Assembly: GCF_037042905.1 (NCBI RefSeq)
Contig: NC_087246.1
Location: 1,304,001-1,368,000 of the forward strand
Length of the DNA: 64,000 nucleotides
Direction: 5' to 3'
DNA from: Lytechinus pictus
Lineage: Eukaryota
Part shown: positions 37,258 to 49,313 of the stretch, in pieces
How the letters are laid out: each line of letters opens with the position of its first letter
Numbering within the stretch: the first letter of the stretch is position 1
Notes under the pieces: model-generated
Seen by the model: the letters and a program-made list of their open reading frames with translations, nothing else
Database searches by the model: none
Told to the model about the DNA's origin: nothing
Position numbers and translations under genes: made by a program

Positions 37258-39255
37258 GTGTGAATTATTTAGGAAACTAAACAAAGTTGTTTGACATTTT
37301 TGTTTTATTCTGTACCTTGTTTATCTAAGTAATATAGCTAAGGGTATCTTTGCTTATGAGGGATTCTAGTGATTCTTGGAAATGTGTTGTCTGAGAGAAA
37401 TAAGCATACTGCTTACAAACTCCTCCAAATTGGAACTGTATGGCTTTGTCATATAGTATCACTGGACTAAATGTCATTTGTCTCTCAGTAGAAAAGATGT
37501 TGATTTGGAGACCCTATTAGAAGTAAAAAAGTGAAATTGAATTTGTACACCAATGGATGAGGTAACAACATAAAAATATTCATATTTTCAAGTACTAGTA
37601 GTTTCACACTCACAGCTTACTTATTTGCAAGAGAAACATAGAAATTTCATTAGCCTTCAAAATAGGCTTAATTACTGGCTGGGAAGCTATGACGTCATAA
37701 TATGTGAGTTTTTATTACATGGGTTTGTATGAGTAAAATTCCTTTAGTATTCCTGTGATTTGTGGATTTTATTTCAAGACTGCTATGTAAAAGCATTAAA
37801 TACGATCTGAATGCAGACACAGGATAAAAATTATAAAAAGGGCCACCAAATATGCGTCAAATGAAAATTACCCAAATATGTTCATGGGCTGTCTGTTAGT
37901 TAATCAATATTAGCAGAAAATCCTTTCACTTTTTTCACTATTTTCTGTACATAATGTTTGTATAATTTTCAATTTCATAATCTGAAAAACAAGAAAATAA
38001 TTGATCTTTTCTACATACAAATGTGTGTACATCAAATACAGAGAGAGAGAGAGGGAGAACTGTTGTCTTGAAATATTTGAAAGCAAAACAAATCATACTT
38101 CATCCTATTATTACATTTTTAAATAATCACACAAATTATTTAGGTCCATTGAAGTTTCTAAGTTTGAATATTATTCTTTGACTTGTGTAATGTTAGCATA
38201 GTGTGTTGATTAGTTAGAACAGTGAGATTTGGCCTGGTTTTTGTAATGGCAAAAACTGCTGGTGTGAAAATTTACTTCAGGTATAGAATCCAACCCAAAA
38301 CTAGGGCCAAGGGTACTCTGGACTGAAAATATATATATCAAAATAGAGTAAAATTCACAAAGCAAAATGTTTGAAAATATCATCAAAATTTGATAATAAA
38401 GTACAAAGTTATTGAATGTTAAAGTTTAGCAATATTTTGTGAAAACAGTTATATGCACGTCGTCATGGTGGGCTGATGGAAGTCGCATCCCCACTTTCCT
38501 TTCTCTTATGTTATTACATGAAATCATTGTTTCATTTTTTCATACATGTGCAAATGATATGTCTCCCTTATAATGAAATAAGTTGAAGCAATGGATATCT
38601 AATGCACATAATCAGTTGTTAAACCATTTTTTTGAATAAACCTAATTTAATAAAATGAAGTATAAAAGAACAAGTGCGGATATGACATCATCAGTTTGCT
38701 CATTGAAAATTCATGAAGACATGCCTAGAACTGTTTCACCGGAATAATGCAAATCTTAAAACTGCCATAGCTTTGTTATTCTTCGTCAGATTTTGATCCA
38801 TTTTTCAGTGTTTTTTTCGTCTGATTTTTATTAATCTGTTCAAATCATATTATTTTCAGCCTGGAGCCTTTCAGTCTTTAAAGATTGACAACTATGGTAA
38901 AATTGCCATTATTTTGTCACTACCATGGAAACCTTGATTTTGAGTGGCTGCTGAGCCTCTTTGTAGTTGCCATAATGGAAAAGTTATGATGCTTTTTTGT
39001 CTATATGAAGCGTGCCCCAGATATTGAACTTCATCAACATGATAAATTTGTATTAGAACTCCAACCCAAAACCTTGAGAACTTTAGGTAATTGGAGCAAA
39101 TGGTATGTTTACCATTCTGTTCACATTGCAAAGTTGTTAGGATTGAATGGAATGGATGAGTTGTGACATTGCCTTGAATCAGTGTGAGTGGTATTTTTTT
39201 TTATAAACCAAGGGCAAAAATCAGTCCTCTTACATGGCTTACGCAGGGCAGTTAA

Positions 39256-39638
39256 AGGTAAATGCTAGTTTTGGTAACGATATCAAAATGATTCGTACAG
39301 AATCCAATGAAATGACCACCAAAGTGTCTGTTTGTATAAATAAAACGCATGTGCCAAAGGATTCTGGAAGAAATTGTGTAATTGCTGAGAAATAAGCACA
39401 GGATTCGGGTAGAGCGTCGGGCCCCGACGCTCAAAGCAATAATTATACACTGTCCCACGTGCGCTTATCTGTGTTGGGGAAGTTCAGTCTGAACATTTTT
39501 CAGCGTAGATTTCAAGATTTCACAAAGTTCAGTTATGTAACTGTACCAGATCTAGATCCTCGATATACTGACAATTAAGCCTGGTTTTACAGACTTTCTC
39601 ATGAAATCAGTGTTTACTGCAACTACTGGAATTTCTCT
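39256..39638. mobile_element. TTAA-flanked MITE (Kolobok-type termini AG...CT)
   Basis: TTAA at 39252-39255 and 39639-39642; imperfect short TIR. Confidence 0.6.
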
Positions 39639-39676
39639 TTAAGCCCCCCCCCCCCCCGAAATTTTGAAAACTTACA

Positions 39677-40357
39677 TTTTTGTCTCGCCTGCATGGGCAG
39701 AGCAAGACTAGACTTTTCCGGCGGCGGCGTCAACATCAAATCTTAACCTAAGGTTAAGTATTTGAAATGACATCACAACTTAAAAAGTGTATGGACCTAG
39801 TTCAGGAAACTTGTACATAAGGGTAATCAAGTATTACTGCCTTGGTTTCATGTCACATGACCAAGGTCAAATGTCATTTAGGGTCAATAAACTTAGACCA
39901 TGTTGGGGAATCAATATCAAAATCTTAACCTAAAAGTTTTTGAAATGTCATAACTAAGAAAGTATATGGACCTAGTTCATGAAATTTACATATAAGGGTA
40001 ATGAAGTATTACTGAACATCCTGGCTGGGTTTCAGGTCACATGACAAAGGTCATTTAGGGTTATGAACTTTGTCCATATTGGGGGTATTTGTTAAATTGG
40101 TATATCTTAGAAAGTTTATGGATCTAATTCATGAAGCATAGACATAAGGGTAATCGAGTATAGATGATTGTTTTGCACACATCTTAGATCACATGATCAT
40201 GGTCAAAGGTAATTTTGGGTCAATGGACATAGTATTTTATTATCATATGAATGTTTTCTTTTGTGAATAATTATTCAATAGCTGTTTTCAAAGTCGGCAC
40301 TTGCTTATATCGAATCGCGTAATGCTGGCGAGACTGCCAGAGATGTTCCACTTGTTT
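39677..40357 (-). mobile_element. HINE-like element, same family as 8854-9805, opposite orientation
   Basis: Begins ttttgtctcgcctgcat and ends ccacttgtt; aaggtcaaaggtca core repeats. Confidence 0.75.
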
Positions 40358-41232
40358 ACTGAAAGCTTTCACAAAATTCACCATAAGTTTGCACCAAATC
40401 CTTCAATTCCACTTTACAACATGCAGAAACACCCCAATTACAAGCTTGGTTGCTTCGCTCTCTCACTTTCTATTTTTTTCAAAAAAGTTGGAGCGCTCTG
40501 CCCTCCCCCCACCCCCAGCAAAAAAAATTCTGCCTATGCCCATGTCCTCTTATAACACTGCAATTGATTCAATTAATCTGAATTATGGAAAACTAAACAG
40601 TGATTCCTCAAATCCTCAGGAATATGTTTGGTGTTTAGGTGTTGAAGGTGTTGGAGATTGTGAATCTGAATGTCTCGTCTAGTTTCATTACTCCAAAACT
40701 AAATGTGGGTTTGCAACAATTAACATCACTAATCAAATTATTGATAGCTCAATTTCTATTAAATGGTGTTGATCACAGCACTTGCTTCATTGCAAGTTTG
40801 GTGCTTTGGGTGGTGTATAAATCAGTCAAACCCAACACCTCGTGTTTATGAACAATAGAGGGAATGCGTATTGGTCAACATAGCAATGACAATCATCTCT
40901 CAAGAACACTATGATGAGGTGGTCTATTCAATATTTGGTGAAATGGCTTTTAATGTGGTTTATCTTAAAATACTTCCTTTTACAATCTATGTATTCTCCT
41001 GCTCTTGTAAATTTGTCTTTTTTGTACCATTTTAAACAGCCTGTTATTAATCTTTATTACTCTCATGTCTCTATTTCAATTATCTGTTTTTATTCAACTT
41101 CACTTCTTCAAAATGCCATCCATACTCATTTTCTTTGAATAACTTAATGTATCTATCTCGTTACTTCTATTGACCACAATCATTCAATGACAACAATCAA
41201 AATAATGAAAAAGATGAAATTTTCACGAAAAT

Positions 41233-41248
41233 TTTAATTTCTTTTATT
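41233..41248 (-). terminator. Candidate distal polyadenylation signals (AATAAA then ATTAAA) for the kinase gene
   Basis: The minus strand reads ttgtacaaagattttaaatgtaaaac...AATAAAagaaATTAAA; upstream TGTA elements are typical of animal 3' ends. Confidence 0.4.
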
Positions 41249-41412
41249 TTTAAAAAAGTTTTACATTTAAAATCTTTGTACAATTACATATATCAAGATT
41301 CAAGAAAAATAGTTCACATTTGTTTTTATTAAAAAAATCCATGGAGTGAAACCATGATGTGGCCCTCAAGGCTAGGTGTAAGATTAAAAACATCTGAAGA
41401 AACTTTACTTAT

Positions 41413-42657
41413 CAGAGCTGCCAACATTGGGATGATAGAATCCAGTAGATTTCGCGGAGGTATGATTTTGTGAGGGAGCGGCGGAACGTTGTCCCACGGA
41501 TGGGAGTTTTGGGTAGCAAAACACATTAAGAAACAACATTTGATAGTAACCGACAGCTGTCTAAACCATCAAAAAAAATTCTGATAGATGAAATGCACAT
41601 TAGAGAGAATTTATGAATTGTCATTGACTAAATATACACTTCAGGCAATACAGTAGATTTTTTAAATAATTCATAAAAGAATGCATTCAACATGAAAATA
41701 CCTTTGCTTTAGTTAATTGGCCAGAGGGGGAAGGGGCTGCAGTAGTGGTAAACATGGTAAATGAGCTTTATATGTGGACTGTTTAAAGTCTCTGAGGGAT
41801 TCCTGTGAAAACTGTCACACAGTCCCATTCTGCTTGAAAAGTATCTTTATACTTCGACAAGTATTTTGTCGTCTTGGTCTTGGATGACTCCATCTCCATG
41901 ATCTCCATGGTCACTGGCGATGCGATTGTAGTGTGGATGAATCGGGACGGGGCGTGCTTCGCACAGCTCAGCCCTTTGGCTCAGCCAGCCAGCGCCAGGC
42001 TAGCTCACTCACGAAAGAGAAAATGTTCGAATCCGATCAACCCAAGTGAAAGTAGGCGAAAAAATCTCCACTTTGCTTCTAATTCTTCAGGATTGTCAAT
42101 AAAATTATTCCTGAAACTGAAAGTCGAGGTGTAAAAGTAATCCACTTGTTAATCCCATCGTTGATCCACAGTTTCAGCTCGAATAAGGCGCAAGCAAGCT
42201 TACGAAAAATGCCTCGCAGTGCTCGTGAACTTTCCTTCTCGGAGCTTCCTGGCGCAGCGCGGCTGGAGCCCCGCCGGGGCGCAGCGGCGGCCATGTGCAT
42301 GGAGTACCGCTGAAGAGTTTTCATCACACATTGCAGAACCCGGAAATAAAATGGCTTGTTAGACTACTTCACCAGTCGTTCAGTAAAATTATCTTCATTT
42401 ACATGGGAAATCAATGTACGATTATACAAAAACTGGTAGAAGTTACTGGGTAAAATGAAAATGTGATAAGGAGGTTCCACGTGGGTGTTAGGGAGTTGAA
42501 CATGCTAGACTCATTAAACAGTCGTTTGTATGAATTTTACAATTTAACAGCTAAAAATCCTGATTATCCGGGAGATTTTGGCATGGGGTCGGGAGAACGG
42601 GAGATTGGATCGCAATCCAGTATTCTCCCGCAGGATCCGGGAGACTTGGAAGCTCTG
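41413..42657. mobile_element. hAT-like non-autonomous element, TIR CAGAGCTKCCAA, 6-bp TSD ACTTAT
   Basis: TSD at 41407-41412 and 42658-42663; GGGAG subterminal repeats; GC-rich interior. Confidence 0.75.
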
Positions 42658-45284
42658 ACTTATGCATCAAATAAATCATCTTCTATCTCTCTAATCAATA
42701 AAGATGGGAAAACATGAATATGAGGTGCAATCTCTAACTTTAAAGTTACACCTATATATCAACATAACTGTTGCATTGATTCATCCCATATTACAAAAGC
42801 TTAAAACAACTTGTCTGCATCTCAGATTCAAACTTAATTCAATCTAGACACACCACATGAGGTTGGAGCTATTAAAGATTGCCTTTCTACATGTGTATCA
42901 GGATTTTCACAAACGGCTCTGATATTATATGGAAGAGCCAAGTATTGGGTTTTAAAAAGAAAAAAGCAAATTTCTTTTGGACTTTTGACCCAATTTGAAT
43001 TCACACTGGTCCCAGATCTTGGTAATAAAATTGAGATATTCGTGTATCATCAACAATCATCAGATTTATTGACTGTAAAATATTAGTGACTGAACCAAAC
43101 CCAATCAAGTTCAAGGACAAAAATATAAACAGTTTTGCAAGTCAAAAAATAAAAAGTATGGATTTTGACTTTTATGTTACAATAAAGTCAAGGTGCTTGC
43201 TCAGTAAGGACAATTTAAGAAAAAAACAACAGTAAGCCCTTGTAATATCTAACACTTTGAGATCATTAAAATCACCTGTTATCTTGGCTGAGAAAAATGA
43301 CCAAGCATTAAAAAAAGATGGACCAAGAATCCAAGATATCACCTTGTTATAAATACCAAAAGTTTGTCATAGATACGAGAGTATTCTTAAATTTTTCTCT
43401 TTTTAATGCATCAGTTAAATTGCATCTTTGAACAAGTTTCTACTCAAATTAGTTTATTTCAATAAAATGTACGATGTTTTAATATTAAAAATCAAAACAG
43501 CTCATCGGTACTCCTAAAAAGCACAAACGTGAATTTTACTCCCACAATTTAAGTCACATGGCATTAAGTAGAAAAAACTAATCTTACAACATAAAGAATA
43601 AATCAGTCATGAAAACAACTCTGATAGAAAAAGCAATTTAAGAAAGATTTCAATGAAAATAAAGTAGCAATTGAAATGCTATGCAGATTAAAGTCTGTTT
43701 GTACGTTAGAAATCTCTTATTTTTATGCTACCGGTAATCAATAGTATGCAGGTGACATAGAGTATGTTTATATTTTACACTTTGGCTAATTCAGTCTTAT
43801 ATTCACTTATTACCATATAAAAACAAACGTTTTTTTAGCAAAGTACATGTAGTTGTCAAATATAACTTAAATGTATGAAGGTAATGATGCAGCAAAACTT
43901 AAAAATAACAAACTACAGAATATATCATAAAGTTGTGGGGAAAAAAATGCTCATAAAGTTATATTTTTGCAGCAGAATAACCAAACATATTCATATCAGT
44001 TTGGTGGTGGTCTTAGCATAACAAAAAAAATAGATAAATAAAACCCACAGATTTCTGTTTACTGTTATTTTATTTTTCAGAATTGAATATTTAAGCTCAT
44101 AATGGCAAATAATAAGTGCCTTGTTCAATAAGACAATAAAAAACAATCTAAGAATATTATAGGGTTGAAGCATAGAGCTATATAGCTCTATGGTTGAAGT
44201 AAAAGTAAAATGAAAAACAAGAAAGGCCATTTTTAATTTAGTATCAATACATGACAAAAAAATCACCATGAACTTTGAATTCGATAAAATAGTAATATAT
44301 ATCCTGGATAAATTAATAGTTCAAGATCAATCTTTTAAGCATTCTTTCATATTCTACAGCTCACATTGAGACTCTACTTCACAAAGTTACTATTATTGTG
44401 TTATTTTTTTTCCATCCAATAGTACCTACCATGGCGCAAAATGCTCAATAGCCTATCAAAATCCAGGATTCAATGGAGTTACAATCAGATGGAAAAGTTA
44501 ATATAATATTAACTATAATAATAACTTTTATGCAATGGGCACATCACAGCATACAGCACCAGAGAGCAATAACAGTATTAGAGCTTCTACAAATAAATAT
44601 ATCCTGTTTCAGCAAAAGTGATTTTCTCATGATCAAAGTCTTAGCTTATCTCTATCTTCAGTAAATATTGCACTTATTTTGCATAAATCACTTAAAAACC
44701 TCATCAAAAGGTGTAACTCGTAGGACTATTGAACCTCTTATCTCAAATTTAATTTTTAAGGACAACTCAGAAAATCTTTATTTCAGAGTTATGACATAAG
44801 TTGCAAACATCTTTTGATCAAGTTCTCTAGCGGAACTTCAAGATTGTTATCAGACAATGCTACCATTTCCATAATTCTAAAAAAGGGCTTTTCTGAGCTA
44901 TCCTCTTAATTTCCAAACTTTGAGAAACAAGATTTGAACTGCCCACCAACAAGATGTTTTTATTTCTGAGTGGATTGAATCACACCATTTGATACAACAA
45001 AACAAGAAATAAATCAATATCATCTAGCGATTTTGAGCTGTTTGACAATCATTCTCAGGCTACGGATGTCTAGCAGACTAGCACACATTGAGAAAATACC
45101 AGTATAAAAATAAATACCTGATCATCATTAACAAGTGAATCACTGCCACCAAATTTTTGCAATTAACAGTTGTAACACTGATCTAATTGGAATCGAAAGG
45201 TACCATGTAGTATTATAACTTACTAGACAACCAGCAAGTCACATATCATCACTACTATCATCTAGATAATGCACTATACCTTAA

Positions 45285-45742
45285 AGCGACCTTTCATTGA
45301 CAAATCATGGGGAAATCAAGGCTAATCTCAGAACAGAGAAGGGATTCAAGTCTTTCACTGGCTGTATGCCTGGGGGTGTTATGTAATAGACGCCGGCATG
45401 TCTGGGAGGTCTATAGGAGAGCAATTAGATAGTAGACTAACCAACCAGAAGTAAACTGCCTGTTTTCACTTTGGAACATGTAACTTCACAGACGTTATTC
45501 ATTTTGGTTTAGCAATCAAGAGACCTGCTAAGAGTCTAGGAATTGGGATTGTTGGAAACTGGAACTGCGATCATCCGAAGTAAATAACCATCACGAGTTA
45601 GGTCAATTTCGTGCTGTTCGAACTTTTATCGCATTAGTCCAAAGGCGCTTATGACGGACGGATTATATTATGCAAGTCAATTGGCCTTTTGCAAATATCG
45701 TATTGATTCAATTTCCCCATGATTTGTCAGTGGCTGGGCCCT
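45285..45742. mobile_element. TTAA-flanked MITE (Kolobok-type termini)
   Basis: TTAA at 45281-45284 and 45743-45746; inverted TGACAAATCATGGGGAAAT near both ends. Confidence 0.7.
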
Positions 45743-48214
45743 TTAAGATAAATGGTACACTTTCAAATAGATCTAAAAACGAGTTGTGATCTGAGCTTTC
45801 TATCAACATGATTCAATAAATTAATTCACTACATGTGAGGCACCAATGCTCTACATATCATAGAATGTAGTCAAGAAGATAGAATGAGAAAACAAAGACA
45901 AGGAATTCCAATGAAATGTATAAATATATGAAAATAAATATCAAGTGATAGAAATGCATCTTCTGGGTCTGTAACACAAAGTTCAAAAATGATTGTAGGA
46001 AAAAATACAATTGATTGCAATTATCAAACTGTAGGCCTACAATCAATTATTAAAATCAAGGATATCATCAATCACTATGTTATGTGTTACAGCCCCTGAT
46101 TGATCTAATCTGATACTTAAAGATTAAAAAAAAATGATGAAAGTGTACTTTAATTGACTAAATGCAGAAATAAACTTCTTAGAATTATTAACACTACTCA
46201 ACTATTCATCACATCATTATTGCCTAGTTCTTGTGAATCAAAGAAAAAAATATACGGTCTACACTTACCAGCTCTTTGTTTGTAAGAGATAATTCTACAT
46301 GCATTTCAAGGCATCATACAAATTGATTAAAACTTTGTACAGTTTTACAAATAAGACACATATACTTCTTTGGGTAAAGAGAAGCTTGTACATGTTTCTT
46401 ATATTGATAATTGTATTCTCAATCAATTGAATACATGAATTTTAATATTATCATGTTCACAACAAATGTTTCAAGCTTTATGTGTATTCTTCATCTGTAT
46501 AAAAATTGGTGAATATCAAGTACAAAAAAAATTTCCTCGTAGAATGGCATAAAAATGTTGGCAAAAGGAGAAGTCACTCCCAATACTTTTGGAAGTTTTA
46601 TGAAGTGAAAATATGCAATCCTGTTACCAAAATGCAAATAGTTGATTAATTTCTTCACCAAAATAGTTTGCAAGGTATAAATGAAATGTTAGCAAATGTT
46701 AAGATTGTATATTCATGAAATACAAGGAGGTGGTTTCACAAACAGGCAAGGCTTACCAAAAGTCAGAGCTACATCATTCACCCCTTCTAATAAATGCTCA
46801 GCTCTTGTAATGGAAATTCAGAAAATCAACAACTGATTTATCATGTAGTCCTAGCCTTATTGGAAGATTCAAATTGTTTTCACAGACTCATTCAGCGCAT
46901 GCCATCTCTCAGTTTCATAAAGCAGTTTACAGGATAAACATGATTTCAGAAACAATTGATAACCCTTTCTTATGCTAAATAACATAATACTATTTCCCAT
47001 GTTTTAATAAATGTGAGTGCAGTTCTTTACATTCAGATGCTCTTTAAAAATTAGAATTTTTTCTATAAAGCTCAGATTTCTACTATCTGGCACTCAAGAA
47101 CATGTCCCAGTTGTTCATACAGTTGTGCATAACTTTGTGAAACACTACCTGCATTGTTAGTAACTAGGAGAAGAATAATAAAAAGACAAGTGCAATATAC
47201 AAAATGTGATTATTAAAAGCTACTAAGATAACAAAATAGATCACAAAACATGACATTTTTCAGTCACTCTATAAAGACACGGGAAGGGGTTGTCAGAGGG
47301 CATGCAATCATGATCAATCATAGATCAATGCAAATTAATCAATCAATATGGGTCCTACACAAAGCACAATGATTAATTGTATACTTCTTCTTGAATGTAC
47401 AATGTGGTCTATACAATCAATCATAAAATTTATTCTACAATCATTCCTGTGCATGTTTCACGGGACCCTGGATGGCGAGATTTCCATCCATCAAGAATCT
47501 CAAAACTCTTGATAATTTATCACTTAATATGTATGCCAGGATGGGTGATAAGCAAACTTATTGGTTGGTTGTGTACAAGTATTTATCATTGGTCAATAAA
47601 ATAAGGAGGTATCGTACAATGAGTAAACAAAAAAGATAAACAATATAAGTATTGAAATGAGAATTTGGCTGCTAATGTAAGAAATGATTTGGCACAATGT
47701 ATTGATGTCACTTACACTTATAAATTAAACACTAATAAGGTACAAGTACATTTACTTGCCCTGAATTTAAAAACTGAGTTTTTCAATTGACTTTGTGACT
47801 TATATCGTCTGATGTATGATATAACACATTTTGAAAATATTTTTTTCTGAAACTTTTTTTCAGTGTCTCTATGCAAACCAATGAAATACACATTCAAGTC
47901 AAACAATTGCTGGGAAACACATAATCTATAGCACCATGTTCAAACACTGATTTCAAAACAATTTTTAGCATATTAACAAGAGGATTCATTAAATACCGAC
48001 CCCAAAAACTCATGAAGCTGTGATCTCATGAAAATAAAATTCAACGAAAAAAAAAAAAAGATCACATTCAGCATATTGTTTCAATAATTCAGATCAATTT
48101 AGGAATATATTAAAATGTTTATTACACCTGAACATTTAGTTGGTGAACAGACGTCTTTGATGAAAGGAAACAAAGATGATTTCTGCATTATCTTTCAAAA
48201 TTGAAGACGACTAT

Positions 48215-48245
<31 letters not shown>

Positions 48246-49274
48246 GCATATGTGCATACACTATATTTTGATAAATGATCAAAATGCTTCAAGTGGAGTT
48301 AAAACTGGCATGCAGGAAGGTACATCAATCTTAGATTCATTCTAACAAAGACATCATTTATACCAACATGGCGTAACGCTACTAAGAAGAATAGTCATAA
48401 TGATGATGACAATCATATGGTTATGATGATTGCTTATGTGATATAGGGGCAATGCCATTAAAATGGAAGAGAATTTGGTCATAATGGAGACAAATTTCAA
48501 TAATGGTGACCACTTTTACAATTCTGATGTCATGATTATTGTGATGGTAAAAATTATTGTGTTGATGATGGTGATGGTATTGATGATGATGATGATGATG
48601 ATAATTTTATTTTTAGTTACTTTTATGAACCACATCCTTAATTGATGGCAATAGAAATATACAATTCTCTATAAGGATTTCAACATCCATGCCTCAACCT
48701 GAATGATGATAGCAGCCTCATTGCATCCATAGAATATCACATACCACCAAGGGCAAGAGGATTACTTTCATTCAGAAAGAGATACCAATCTACTGCAAAG
48801 ACAACACTAGTGATGACCCGATCACTGCATGCAATCCTCCCTTCAACAGTATGGTCAACGGGTACCTTGCTACAAAGATTCAAAGTACCGGTAGTCTTCA
48901 TCTTCAATACTTTCTCTTCCTTCATTCAGTAGCATCATTCTTCAGCATATGTTGAGACGGATAATACATCTCTCTGCAACAGGCACTCGGAAGGTATCAA
49001 TGACATTCCTAGACATCATCACTAAGCAGTGTTTTCCTCATTGATGATAAAGCCAACCCTGTCCATTTCAAACGGTTCATCCCGATCATTCCATCATGAC
49101 CGTTCATCACCTCTGCCTGTCATCAAACAAACAAAGACATAATTGGTTCCTAGCCTTTCTTGTTAGGCAGAATACTGTTCTATTTTATCAAGGTACGTTT
49201 GAGTTGTCCCTTTAAGAACCAGTCTTGTCTTGTAGCAGTTGCTCATGATGAGTCCGTCTTGAGTTTTTTTGGTG

Positions 49275-49313
49275 CTATAACTGAGTCACTCGAGTCCATT
49301 CAAAATTATCAAC
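49275..49313 (-). CDS. RSKR: RSKR-like terminal coding exon ([12 protein letters not shown])
   Basis: tattcAG acceptor after a T-rich tract; phase 0; NFEW resembles an AGC hydrophobic motif; TAG at 49275-49277. Confidence 0.72.
   Translation of the reverse strand, partial: VDNFEWTRVTQL

Noticed and set aside
42079..42327. GC-rich ORF MAAAAPRRGSSRAAPG as a host gene first exon
   Set aside because: Lies inside a TIR/TSD-bounded element, with no recognisable domain or downstream exons.
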